Assembly (NCBI GenBank): GCA_035275285.1
Contig: DATENA010000338.1
Span: 5,875 to 69,874, forward strand
DNA length: 64,000 bases
Direction: 5' to 3'
Source of the DNA: Fibrobacteria bacterium
GTDB lineage: Bacteria > Fibrobacterota > Fibrobacteria > UBA11236
Shown: in pieces, positions 12,692 through 21,666 of the stretch
How the letters are laid out: each line of letters begins with the position of its first letter
Numbering within the stretch: the first letter of the stretch is position 1
Program-made: the position numbers and the translations under genes
Notes under the pieces: generated by a model
What the model saw: only the letters and a program-made list of their open reading frames with translations
Databases searched by the model: none
What the model was told of the DNA's origin: nothing

Positions 12692-12892
12692 ATGGAAAAC
12701 GAAGATCAGGAGTTCTGGAAAGCCCTGCTGATGAACCGGAACCTGCGTTCCAGGTTCATCCGGGACCTGGAGATCCAGTCCATCGTGAGCCGGTCGGCCG
12801 AGGATCTGGCCATCCGGTATCATGAAGAGGAAATGCTGCCCCGCAAGGCCGCCATGACCGCTCAAAGGGCCGCTACCAGCCGCAGCTGGTAA
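12692..12892 (+). CDS. small hypothetical protein (66 aa)
   Basis: GAGGAGG Shine-Dalgarno 5 nt upstream of the ATG. Its 3' end converges on and overlaps the 12862..14658 minus-strand gene by about 30 nt. Confidence 0.35.
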   Translation: MENEDQEFWKALLMNRNLRSRFIRDLEIQSIVSRSAEDLAIRYHEEEMLPRKAAMTAQRAATSRSW

Positions 12893-14658
12893 CCCATATC
12901 GCTTGCCGCCCCCTCCCGGGTCCAAGGCAAGCGCAGGGTCTGCTCCACCTTGACCCCCTTTTCCGCCCACCATCCGTGCCTTACGTCCAGCCTTAGGTAA
13001 CGCCCGGGTTTCCGCACGTCCCCGGCCAGGATTTCCGCCGCCCAGGCCGCCGTCCCCTTGCGTTCGCAGGTCAGGCTCAGAGGCGCGGGCCGGGATCCGG
13101 AATAGCCCCCGCCCTTCCAGGTGAACGCCGCCTTGGCAAGCCAGGGCCCCGACCGCCGGGTCAGGCTCTGGCCCCAGCCGCCCCATCCCCCGTCTTCGCC
13201 GTCATGCGGCAATCCCATGCTTCCGGGCGGTCCGGGCCGGCGGAAGGCCACCGTGCTCCCGGCCTCGTGGGTCCATTCTTCCAGGGTCTGGATCCACGCC
13301 AGTCCCCCCTCCCCGGCCAGCAATCCCCGGTTCAGGGACCATCCGGCCGCGCCGCTTCCCTGTACGTCCGCGCGAAAACCGGCCAGGGAAACCACGGGCA
13401 GGCGGGAGCGGACCGAAAGGCCGCCTTCCCCGCGGCCAGGCAGGATCCAGCGGCCCTCCAGGGTATCGCGCAGGTAACCCCTGGGGGATTGCAGGGGGTT
13501 GGCCCAGGCCGCGCTGGCCTGCCGGGCCTGCAGCCGCCACCCGCCGGAATCGGGATCCCGGGCGGATAGGAAGGCGTCCAGGTAGGCCCCTACCGCGGCA
13601 TTGCGGGAGGGGGAATGGGTCCAGGATCCGGCCGCGCCCAGCTTCCAGAGGATCCCGTCCTCCCCCCGGCCCTGCAGGCCCGCTCCCGCCACCTTCACTT
13701 CCATAGGGGCGCCGGAGGCGGGCTCGAAGCGCTGGAAGGCCGTCTGCAGGCGGAAATCGGAGCGGCTTCCGCGCCTGGCCAGGCCGGCGGTAAAGAGCGA
13801 GGCATCCCGTCTTTCCCCGGCCGCGGAGCCGCCGCGTTGCAAGCGGTTCCAGGTCCCCGCCGCCTCCAGGGTCCAAGCGCCCGCCCGGCCGCGCAGTCCC
13901 AGGCCGTCCAGGGCGGCTTGCGGGGAAAAGAACGCCCCGTCCGCTCCGGAGGTTCCCGACCACCCGGCGTAGAAACGGTTGCCGGCCACGAAAGCCAGGC
14001 GCGTATCCGTAAGGGAGGCATGGAGGTGCCCCGCATGGACGGAAAACCTGCCGTTGCCCAGGCTCGCATAGCGCAAGTAGGGACGATAGTCCCGCAGGGA
14101 AAGGCGCGCGGCCGCGCCCGGCAGCGAGCCTTCGCCTTGGAACAGGGGCGCCGGCGCGCCGGCGCCGGGATCCTGCCTGGGCCGCACGGATTGGGCGGCC
14201 AGCAAACGGGCCCGGGGAGCCCCCCGGCCCTTTCCGGCGCCGGGTCCGGGCGGCGGAAGGGCGTCAAGAGTATCCTGCAGGTTACCTTGGCTCCCTTCCC
14301 CTCCCCGCCTCCCGCCTCCCTCCGCCCCGGGCGGTTCCGGGCAGGCCTCCGCCAGGGCTTCCCGCACGTCCCGCCAGCGCGGCTCGGCGTCCGGAAAGCC
14401 TGCTTCCCGGAGTTCCGGCAGCTCCCGCCAAGCCTCGCACCCCCCGTCGCCCCCCTCCGCGAGCAGGTCCAGCAAGGCGTCGTAGGCTTCCTGCCCCGCC
14501 AATCCGGAGGATATCCGGTCCCGGAGGATTTCCAGGGCCGCTTCCGCTTCCGGCGAATAGGCCCGCGCGGCCGGGGACAGGAACAGAATCCCCAGGCCCG
14601 AAAGACGGAGAATCAGGCGCAAAACCGGGAGTATTTGAGGTTTGTGGGAATTATTCAA
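12862..14658 (-). CDS. secreted beta-rich protein, probable outer-membrane beta-barrel (about 598 aa)
   Basis: TTG start giving (M)NNSHKPQILPVLRLILRLSGLGILFLSPAARA-YS, a signal peptide with an AxA cleavage site. This is followed by alternating-hydrophobic, Gly/Ala/Ser/Trp-rich strands typical of outer-membrane proteins. The upstream 2 kb of the 12862..16695 track ORF is antisense to the kinase-like gene and was rejected. Confidence 0.5.
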   Translation of the reverse strand: MNNSHKPQILPVLRLILRLSGLGILFLSPAARAYSPEAEAALEILRDRISSGLAGQEAYDALLDLLAEGGDGGCEAWRELPELREAGFPDAEPRWRDVREALAEACPEPPGAEGGGRRGGEGSQGNLQDTLDALPPPGPGAGKGRGAPRARLLAAQSVRPRQDPGAGAPAPLFQGEGSLPGAAARLSLRDYRPYLRYASLGNGRFSVHAGHLHASLTDTRLAFVAGNRFYAGWSGTSGADGAFFSPQAALDGLGLRGRAGAWTLEAAGTWNRLQRGGSAAGERRDASLFTAGLARRGSRSDFRLQTAFQRFEPASGAPMEVKVAGAGLQGRGEDGILWKLGAAGSWTHSPSRNAAVGAYLDAFLSARDPDSGGWRLQARQASAAWANPLQSPRGYLRDTLEGRWILPGRGEGGLSVRSRLPVVSLAGFRADVQGSGAAGWSLNRGLLAGEGGLAWIQTLEEWTHEAGSTVAFRRPGPPGSMGLPHDGEDGGWGGWGQSLTRRSGPWLAKAAFTWKGGGYSGSRPAPLSLTCERKGTAAWAAEILAGDVRKPGRYLRLDVRHGWWAEKGVKVEQTLRLPWTREGAASDMGYQLRLVAAL

Positions 14659-14742
14659 ATCTTGCCGCTTTCGGTATCCAGCCTCTAAGATTGGGAAAGT
14701 TAAGCCCGGCCTTCCGCGCGAACTGGAACGGTTGTCACAGAG

Positions 14743-16053
14743 ATGTCGAAGATCATCCATAGCCTTCGCTTCCAGCTGCCCGCGGTGGTCATGAGCGTGT
14801 TCGTGGGCATCCTGTTCCTGCTGATGTTGTTCTTCCATGAGATGACCATCATCCTGGTCAAGACCCGGCAACTTGCGGAATCGGCCGAAGTCAACGATTA
14901 CGTGGCCAGTTGGCTCACCAACCTCTCCTCCAGCGCCCGCGAACGGACCAAGCTGATGTCCCTGGGGAACGAAAGCTATCTGCGCACCTTCCAGGTCACC
15001 CTGAACGAAGTCAACGATCTCTATCGCGAGATCGAGCGCATAGGCCCGGATTCGGCGGCGATCTCCACCCAGCAATTGCGCGGCCTCCACGACGAGCACC
15101 AGGAATACATGGAACTGCTGGACGGCTTCGCCAAGGAGCAGACCATCCGCATGCTCGCCAACCGCTCCCGGGCCGCGGCCGCGCGGGTGCATTCCCAGGC
15201 CCCCAGGCAGATCCCCAGGCAGATCGATTCCAGGAAGCGGACCGCCCGGACGCCGGGCAAGCGCGCCGCGACCGGCGGCAGGAAGGCCGGCCGGCAACCC
15301 GGCAAATCCGCCGCCATCGCTTCCAAATCCGGGAAGCGGAAAGCCCCCCTGCCCGCGCCGGCTTCGCCGGAAGCGATGAAGCAGATAGAACTGGATTCCT
15401 CCACCAACGAAACCTTCAAGGCCTATGAGCAGACCCTGCGGGAAGGCCTGTACATGGCGCAGGAAACCATGCGCGCGGAACGCAAGGACAAGCTCAACAG
15501 CCTGCGGAACTCCGTGGGCCGCGCCAAGGACCGCCTCATCTATTCCCTGCTGCTGCTGCTCGCCATGGTGGGCTACGTGGCCGTCATCCTGAAATGGAAG
15601 ATCCTCGATCCCATGAAGAGCCTGAAGCAGGGGGCCATGGAGATCGGCAAAGGTTCCCTGGGCTACCAGGTGAACGTCGCCTCCCGCAACGAAATCGGCG
15701 AACTGGCGGACGTGTTCAACCGCATGTCCGTGCAGCTGGACCAGAAGCGCAACGCGGAAATGCGCCTTAAGCGCCTGGAAGCCATCGAACAGATAGTGCG
15801 CAGCGTGAACCATGAGATCAACAATCCCCTGATGATCATCAGCGGCAATGCCGAGTACATGCTGGCCATCATGGAAGGCGCGGACGAGAGCCTCAAGGCC
15901 AAGCTGAACGCCATCGTCTCCGAAGTGCGCCGGATCTTCATGGTGACCCAGCGTCTCAAGGAGATCAAGGAACCGGTGACCGAGGATTACATAGGCACCC
16001 AGGACCAGATGATCGATCTGCTCCGGTCCAGCCAGATCCACTTGAGGGACTGA
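14743..16053 (+). CDS. membrane HAMP + HisKA (DHp) protein lacking an HATPase_c domain (truncated histidine-kinase-like)
   Basis: N-terminal TM, a highly basic K/R-rich segment, a second TM, a HAMP-like region (..NEIGELADVFNRM..), and an H-box (RSVNHEINNPLMIISGNAEYM). Only about 85 aa follow the H-box and no N/G1/G2 boxes are seen. Confidence 0.7.
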   Translation: MSKIIHSLRFQLPAVVMSVFVGILFLLMLFFHEMTIILVKTRQLAESAEVNDYVASWLTNLSSSARERTKLMSLGNESYLRTFQVTLNEVNDLYREIERIGPDSAAISTQQLRGLHDEHQEYMELLDGFAKEQTIRMLANRSRAAAARVHSQAPRQIPRQIDSRKRTARTPGKRAATGGRKAGRQPGKSAAIASKSGKRKAPLPAPASPEAMKQIELDSSTNETFKAYEQTLREGLYMAQETMRAERKDKLNSLRNSVGRAKDRLIYSLLLLLAMVGYVAVILKWKILDPMKSLKQGAMEIGKGSLGYQVNVASRNEIGELADVFNRMSVQLDQKRNAEMRLKRLEAIEQIVRSVNHEINNPLMIISGNAEYMLAIMEGADESLKAKLNAIVSEVRRIFMVTQRLKEIKEPVTEDYIGTQDQMIDLLRSSQIHLRD

Positions 16054-16646
16054 TGACGGCCCGACTGATGACGGCCCCTTTCCGCCCTCGTCTTGCCCGG
16101 CTTCCGCGTCTTTCCCGCCTCGGCGCCCTGCTGTCCGCCGCGCTCCTGGCCGCCTGTGCGCCCACCCGGCAACCGACCGTGGCGGAAGAATCGGTCCGGA
16201 CCCCCATGGACAAGGTCCTGGCGCGCCTGGTCTCCAGAGGGGAACTGGACAAGGCCATGCGGACGGCCGACAGCCTGAGCGCGTCCCGGGAGTCCTCGGA
16301 CCGCGAGATAGCCGCCTACTGGAAGATGGTGGCCTGGCTGTACCGCGACGAACCCGATTCGGCCCTGGTCGTCCTGGAAGCGGGCCAAGGCAAATGGACC
16401 GGCGGCTTGCGCAAGGTGCACGCCTCGCTCTTCCTGGGGATGGCCCGCGAAGCCAACCGGAACCGCATGGCCGCGCGCGCGCGCCACGATGAATCGGCTC
16501 CCTGCGCGCCCGCCGACAAGTCCGTCCAGGACAGGTTGGAGTCCCTCCAGAAGGAAACCGGGGACCTGCGCGCGGAGAATGCGCGCCTGGAAACCGAAAA
16601 GGAAAAGTACCAGAAGCTTTTGAAGGACCTGGAAACCATCCGCTGA
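16053..16646 (+). CDS. lipoprotein with C-terminal coiled coil (197 aa)
   Basis: Lipobox LLAAC|A. C-terminal heptad-like LESLQKETGDLRAENARLETEKEKYQKLLKDLE. The start overlaps the upstream stop (TGATG). Confidence 0.55.
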   Translation: MTARLMTAPFRPRLARLPRLSRLGALLSAALLAACAPTRQPTVAEESVRTPMDKVLARLVSRGELDKAMRTADSLSASRESSDREIAAYWKMVAWLYRDEPDSALVVLEAGQGKWTGGLRKVHASLFLGMAREANRNRMAARARHDESAPCAPADKSVQDRLESLQKETGDLRAENARLETEKEKYQKLLKDLETIR

Positions 16647-16660
16647 GGCCGTTTGGATAG

Positions 16661-16782
16661 AAGTCAAAGTGCAAAAGGCAAAAGGCAAAGTGCAAAATGG
16701 AAGAAGTGGGGAACCTCCCCTAGAAGGCGCGGGACCGAGTCCTGATTTTGCACTTTGCATTTTGAACTTTGACTTTTGAACT
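16661..16782. repeat. composite palindromic intergenic element, copy 1 (arms built of AAGTCAAAGTGCAAAAGGCAAA subrepeats)
   Basis: Left arm 16661-16701 (AAGTCAAAGTGCAAAAGGCAAAAGGCAAAGTGCAAAATGG) is the near reverse-complement of right arm 16745-16782 (GATTTTGCACTTTGCATTTTGAACTTTGACTTTTGAAC). A second copy lies at 19971..20116. Confidence 0.7.
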
Positions 16783-17960
16783 CTCTCTCTCTTTTGAAAT
16801 CCCCCCGCGGTCTACCTACCTTTCCCCCCGTGGACGACATACGCAAAGACCTGTTCCAATCCCTGCACCGCCTGGTCATCAAGGTGGGCACCAAGATCCT
16901 CGTGGGCGAGGACAACGCGCCTTCCTGGGACCAGCTCAACCATCTGGTGGCGCAGCTTTCCCTGCTGCATGACGAGGGCTACGCGGTGGTGCTGGTCACC
17001 TCCGGCGCCGTGGGCGTGGGGATGAGCACCCTCGGCTATGCAACCCGCCCCAAGGAGCTTCCGGAGAAGCAGGCCTGCGCGGCCATCGGCCAGATCCGCC
17101 TGATGCACATGTACTCGGAATCCTTCGCCAAACGCGGCAAGACCGTGGCGCAGATCCTCCTTTCCGGGGACGATTTCCGGGACCGCGCCCGCTTCAACAA
17201 CATCCGCAAGACGGTGGGCACCCTGTTGGAGAAGCGCGTCATCCCCATCATCAACGAGAACGACACCATCACCACCGAAGAGATCAAGGTCGGGGACAAC
17301 GACAAGCTGAGCGCCGATGTGGCCCATTTCCTGGAGGCGGACCTGCTGGTCATCCTCTCGGACGAGGACGGCCTGTTCACCAAGAACCCCAAATCCCATC
17401 CGGACGCGGAGGCCATTTCCGTGGTGCCGCGCATCACGCCGGACATCCTCAAGCTGGCGGAAGAGAAGCCGGGCTCCAAGGTGAGCGTGGGCGGGATGAA
17501 GGCGAAGCTGCTGGCCATCCGCCAGGCGACGGAAGCCGGCACCCCGGCGGTGCTGACCCGCGGGCATGGGGCGCGCCTGCTGGACCTGGTCAAGGGCAAA
17601 CCCCTGGGCACCCTGTTCCTGCCCAACCCGGACAAGATAGGGCGCAACAAGCGCTGGCTGGCCTTCGTGTCCAAGGCGCGCGGCCAGCTCTTCCTGGACG
17701 AAGGCGGCGTGAAGGCGATGCGCACGCGCAAGTCCAGCCTCTTGCCCGCGGGCATCCGCGACAGCAAGGGGACGTTCAAGTCCGGGGATTTCGTGGAAGT
17801 GTGCAGCCTGGAAGGCGACGTGATCGGCCGGGGCCGTTCGGCCTATTCGGCGGCGGAGGTCCAGCTGATCCGGGGGCACAAGAGCAACCGCATCCCGGAA
17901 CTCCTCAACCGCAAGGGACCGGACGAGGTGATCCACCGGGATCAATTGGTCATTTTCTAA
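16776..17960 (+). CDS. proB: glutamate 5-kinase with C-terminal PUA domain
   Basis: ..VIKVGT..L, AVVLVTSGAVG, IINENDT, and PUA C-terminus. The track start is a TTG inside the repeat element; a GTG at 16830 (VDDIRK) is an alternative. The start is uncertain. Confidence 0.85.
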   Translation: MNSLSLLKSPRGLPTFPPVDDIRKDLFQSLHRLVIKVGTKILVGEDNAPSWDQLNHLVAQLSLLHDEGYAVVLVTSGAVGVGMSTLGYATRPKELPEKQACAAIGQIRLMHMYSESFAKRGKTVAQILLSGDDFRDRARFNNIRKTVGTLLEKRVIPIINENDTITTEEIKVGDNDKLSADVAHFLEADLLVILSDEDGLFTKNPKSHPDAEAISVVPRITPDILKLAEEKPGSKVSVGGMKAKLLAIRQATEAGTPAVLTRGHGARLLDLVKGKPLGTLFLPNPDKIGRNKRWLAFVSKARGQLFLDEGGVKAMRTRKSSLLPAGIRDSKGTFKSGDFVEVCSLEGDVIGRGRSAYSAAEVQLIRGHKSNRIPELLNRKGPDEVIHRDQLVIF

Positions 17961-17984
17961 GGCCGTCCGCGCCCGGCCGGGCCT

Positions 17985-18161
17985 TCAGATGATGGAGCGC
18001 CGGCGGCGGCCGAAAATGTCCATCGGCCCCCGGTTGCGCAGGAGATCGTGGCGGGAGCCCCAGCCTCCGGCATTGCGCCTCAGGGCGAATCCGCGGTTCC
18101 GGCGGTTGAGCATCTTGAAGGCCGTTCCCGCCAGCAGCAGCATGAATATGCGTTTGATCAT
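17985..18161 (-). CDS. small hypothetical protein (58 aa), hydrophobic N-terminus and Arg-rich C-terminus
   Basis: ATG preceded by GGGAGGGA Shine-Dalgarno at -6. MIKRIFMLLLAGTAFKMLNRRNRGFALRRNAGGWGSRHDLLRNRGPMDIFGRRRRSII. It lies in the 366-bp gap between proB and proA, on the opposite strand. Confidence 0.4.
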   Translation of the reverse strand: MIKRIFMLLLAGTAFKMLNRRNRGFALRRNAGGWGSRHDLLRNRGPMDIFGRRRRSII

Positions 18162-18326
18162 GGATCCCTCCCGGTAACCGTCCATTCTTCCAAAATAAAT
18201 TCGCTTGGGAGCGGTTGATACGCCGGCGGCCGGGTCCGGAGCCGCCCGGTGCGGGTACGTGGCCGGCGCGCGCGTCCCCCCGCACGCTTTGCGGCCGCGC
18301 CATTCCTGTATACATTTACCAGAAGT

Positions 18327-19586
18327 ATGGACGATATCACCTCTTACGCCCGGGTTCTGGGCGAAAACGCCCGGGAAGCCTCCCGGCAATTGCGGGCCCT
18401 GCCCCGCGCCAAACGCGACGGCGCCCTCAAGGCGCTGGCCAAATCCCTGATCGCCTCCCAGGCGGAAATCCTGGCCGAGAACGACAAGGACATGGAGGAA
18501 AGCAAGGAGCGGGGGCTGAGTCCCTCCATGCTCGACCGCCTGCTGCTGACGCCCGCCCGCATCCAGGGCATCGTCGAAAGCGTGGACTCGATCGCCGCCT
18601 TCCCCGATCCCCTCGGCAAGTCCCTCGGCAGCCGCAAGCGCAAGGACGGCCTCAAGATCGCCCGGGTCACGGTCCCCATCGGCACCATCCTGTTCATCTT
18701 CGAATCGCGCCCCAACGTGACCATCGACGGCGGCGCCCTCTGCCTCAAGAGCGGCAACGCCGTGATCCTGCGCGGCGGCAAGGAAGCGGCCCGCACCAAC
18801 GCCGTCTTCGCCCGCCTGTTCCAGGCGGCCCTCAAGTCCAAGGGCATCGACGAGCGCGCGGTGCAATTGGTGAACAAGCCCGATCACGGCCTGGTGGATC
18901 TGCTGCTCACGGACGTCAAGCACGTGGACCTGGTGATCCCCCGCGGCGGCGAGCGGCTGATCCATTCCGTGGTGGAGAAGGCCCGCATCCCGGTCATCAA
19001 GCATTACAAGGGCGTCTGCCACACCTACGTGGACAAGACCGCGGACCTCAAGGCCGCGGAGCGCATCGTCGTGAACGCCAAGGCCCAGCGCCCCAGCGCG
19101 TGCAACGCCATGGAGACCCTGCTCATCGACGGGCACATCAAGCCCGCCGCGGTCAAGCGCATCCTGGACAGCCTGGTGGAGCATAACGTGGAATTGCGCG
19201 GGGACGAGTTCATCCGCAACCTGCATCCCAGCGTCAAGCCCGCCGTGGAAGCGGATTGGGGCGAGGAGTTCTCCGATCTGAGGCTGGCCGTGAAGATGGT
19301 GGACGGCGTGGATGAGGCGGTGGAGCACATCAACAAATACGGCACCGGGCACACGGACGCCGTGCTGGCCAAATCGCCCAAGGTGCAGAAGGCCTTCCTG
19401 GCGGGCGTGGACAGCGCCTCCCTGATGGTGAACGCTTCCACCCGGTTCGCCGACGGCGGGGAATACGGCCTGGGGGCGGAAGTGGGCATCAGCACGGACA
19501 AGCTGCACGCGCGCGGGCCCATGGGCCTGGACAGCCTCACCACCTACCGCTGGATCGTGGAAGGGACGGGACATGTCCGCAAATGA
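18327..19586 (+). CDS. proA: gamma-glutamyl phosphate reductase
   Basis: Aldehyde dehydrogenase-superfamily ProA motifs (..FESRPNVT.D...LKSGNA.ILRGG.EA..., catalytic Cys in ..[12 protein letters not shown]). Start at MDDITSY. Confidence 0.9.
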   Translation: MDDITSYARVLGENAREASRQLRALPRAKRDGALKALAKSLIASQAEILAENDKDMEESKERGLSPSMLDRLLLTPARIQGIVESVDSIAAFPDPLGKSLGSRKRKDGLKIARVTVPIGTILFIFESRPNVTIDGGALCLKSGNAVILRGGKEAARTNAVFARLFQAALKSKGIDERAVQLVNKPDHGLVDLLLTDVKHVDLVIPRGGERLIHSVVEKARIPVIKHYKGVCHTYVDKTADLKAAERIVVNAKAQRPSACNAMETLLIDGHIKPAAVKRILDSLVEHNVELRGDEFIRNLHPSVKPAVEADWGEEFSDLRLAVKMVDGVDEAVEHINKYGTGHTDAVLAKSPKVQKAFLAGVDSASLMVNASTRFADGGEYGLGAEVGISTDKLHARGPMGLDSLTTYRWIVEGTGHVRK

Positions 19587-19968
19587 CGCCATCGAACCCC
19601 TGCTGGGCCAGGTCAGGTTCGGCGCGGACGGCCTGGTCACCGCCGTGGCCGTCGACGAGGGCGACGGGCAGGTGCTCATGCTGGCCCACATGAACCGGGA
19701 ATCCCTGGGGCTGACCCTCGCCACCGGCTACATGACCTACTGGTCCCGCTCCCGGAAAAAGCTCTGGCTCAAAGGCGAGACGTCCGGCAACCGCCAACGG
19801 GTGGTGAGCGCCAGCCTGGACTGCGACGGCGACGCGCTGCTGTTCCGGGTGAAGCCGGAAGGCAACGGCGCCGCCTGCCACGAGGGGTACCGCAGTTGTT
19901 TCTTCCGCCTGCGCAAGGACGGGGAATGGGAGATCCAGGGGAAGCCGGTTGGGCGGTCTTCCGGGTAG
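19573..19968 (+). CDS. hisI: phosphoribosyl-AMP cyclohydrolase (monofunctional HisI)
   Basis: ...[13 protein letters not shown]...G...YWSRSR.KLW.KGETSGN.Q.V.....DCDGDALL..V...G.ACH.G..SCF. It overlaps the proA 3' end by 14 nt. Confidence 0.85.
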   Translation: MSANDAIEPLLGQVRFGADGLVTAVAVDEGDGQVLMLAHMNRESLGLTLATGYMTYWSRSRKKLWLKGETSGNRQRVVSASLDCDGDALLFRVKPEGNGAACHEGYRSCFFRLRKDGEWEIQGKPVGRSSG

Positions 19969-19970
19969 AA

Positions 19971-20116
19971 GGCAAAAGTCAAAGTGCAGAAGTCAAAGTT
20001 CAAAATTTGAATACGGGAAACCTTTCCAGAAGTCTTTCCAGGCTCATGGAACCCCGGCTTAGGCGATGAGTCTCTTCAATTTTGCACTTTGCATTTTGAC
20101 TTTTGCACTTTGAACT
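19971..20116. repeat. composite palindromic intergenic element, copy 2
   Basis: Left arm 19971-20011 (GGCAAAAGTCAAAGTGCAGAAGTCAAAGTTCAAAATTTGAA) pairs with right arm 20078-20116 (CAATTTTGCACTTTGCATTTTGACTTTTGCACTTTGAAC). It starts 3 nt after the hisI stop and ends 6 nt before the tilS ATG. Confidence 0.7.
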
Positions 20117-20121
20117 CTCCC

Positions 20122-21666
20122 ATGGCTGACACCACCGAACAGGCCCTAGACCTCTGGGACCAAACAACCCGGTCCTTCCTCGCCTCCCAAGGCTGGCATC
20201 CCGCCGGCTCCTCCCTTCTCCTGGCCGTATCCGGCGGGGCCGATTCCGTGGCCTTGCTGCATTGGGCGCGCCGGACCGTCTCCCGCCGGGGCGGCCGCCT
20301 CGCCGTGGCCCACGTCAACCACGGTCTGCGCCCCGCGGCCGCCGCGGAGCGGGACTTCGTCTCCGCGCTGTGCCGCGATCTGGGCATCCCCTGCCATCTG
20401 CGCGACCTGGATCCGGGCCGCCGCCCGGCGCGCGAATCCGTGGAAATGTGGGCGCGGCGCGAGCGCTACGGTTTTTTCGCCGCGGCGGCCCGGCTTGCCG
20501 GGGCCGACTGGATCCTGACCGCCCATCACCGTGACGACCTGGTCGAGACCGTGTTCCAGCGCCTGGGGCGGGGGACCGGCCCGCGCGGCCTCCGGGGCAT
20601 CCCTTTCCGGCGAGCGGGCATCGTCCGGCCTTTGTTGAGCCGCAGCCGGGCCGAAATCCTGGCTTACCTCGGTTTGTGCGGCGCGTCATGGCGCGAGGAC
20701 GAATCCAACGCCGACGTGCGCCTCGATCGGAACTGGTACCGGCACCGCTACCTGCCCTCCCTCCGGCGCGGGGATCCGGGACTGGACGCGCGCGTCTTCG
20801 CCCTGGCCATGCAAGTGCAATCGCTCGGGAAGGGTGTCGACGCCCTGGAGGAGGAGGCCGCCCTGCTCCGGGCCGACGGCGAAGGGATGCCGTATCTGGA
20901 CCGCGCAGGCATCGCCGAACGGGTGGCGGAGGAAGATCTGGAATCCCTGGGCTTCTGGATGCGCAGGTTGACGCGGGCCGCGGCTCCCGGACTGGGCCGG
21001 CAAGCGGCCGCCCGCCCACTACCGGTTACAAAAGAGATACTCTTGGAGTTTTGCCGCCAATGGAAATCGGAATCCGGGCCCGGACGCTTGCAGGTGCCTT
21101 TGAACGCCGCGATCGCGCTGAAATGCCGAAATGGGGGTGTTTACTGCGCGTTTTCATCCCCGGGCGCTTCCGCGGAACGGCGGGCGGCAAAAAAAAGCTG
21201 CTCCCTGCGGGCCCAAAGGGTTATACTGATCGAAGGCTTTTGCGAGGTTTCCTGGCGTTGGGGAGATCTCGCCTACACACTGGCGGCGCGCCGGTTTCCC
21301 AGGCCGGAAAACCTGGAATATCCCGCGTCGGGGGAGGAAAGGGCGATCTTTGATGCAGACCTCTTTTCGTGTACATTACTTATACGAACTCGGAAGGACG
21401 GCGATCGCTTTTCCCCTTTGGGGGTACAAAGCCGTTCGCGCAAATTGAAAACTTTTTTCAACGAGGAGAAGGTTCCGATCGGCAAGAGGGAAATGCTCCC
21501 CATCGTCTTCGCAAGCGGGCCGCCTTTGGACGGCTCGCCCGCGGATGAAGCATCGGGCGGTGGAAGCGCCGCCTGGGTGCCCGGTCTAGGAATATCCGAT
21601 TTCTTCAAGGTCAGCGGATCGACTTCTCACATCCTTGAGTTGGTGCTTAAATGCGAGAACCCCTAG
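20122..21666 (+). CDS. tilS: tRNA(Ile)-lysidine synthetase
   Basis: PP-loop [18 protein letters not shown], and TilS C-terminal domain. Start at MADTTEQ; the track's 20089 start lies inside the repeat. Confidence 0.85.
   Translation: MADTTEQALDLWDQTTRSFLASQGWHPAGSSLLLAVSGGADSVALLHWARRTVSRRGGRLAVAHVNHGLRPAAAAERDFVSALCRDLGIPCHLRDLDPGRRPARESVEMWARRERYGFFAAAARLAGADWILTAHHRDDLVETVFQRLGRGTGPRGLRGIPFRRAGIVRPLLSRSRAEILAYLGLCGASWREDESNADVRLDRNWYRHRYLPSLRRGDPGLDARVFALAMQVQSLGKGVDALEEEAALLRADGEGMPYLDRAGIAERVAEEDLESLGFWMRRLTRAAAPGLGRQAAARPLPVTKEILLEFCRQWKSESGPGRLQVPLNAAIALKCRNGGVYCAFSSPGASAERRAAKKSCSLRAQRVILIEGFCEVSWRWGDLAYTLAARRFPRPENLEYPASGEERAIFDADLFSCTLLIRTRKDGDRFSPLGVQSRSRKLKTFFNEEKVPIGKREMLPIVFASGPPLDGSPADEASGGGSAAWVPGLGISDFFKVSGSTSHILELVLKCENP

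Noticed and set aside
14659-16695. Upper two-thirds of the 1277-aa minus-strand ORF
   Set aside because: It is antisense to the HAMP-HisKA gene, which has clear motifs. The real minus-strand gene begins at the signal peptide near 14658.
18162-19724. 579-aa minus-strand ORF over proA
   Set aside because: It is antisense to proA and low-complexity. Only its last 58 codons (17985..18161), with a strong Shine-Dalgarno, were kept as a possible small gene.
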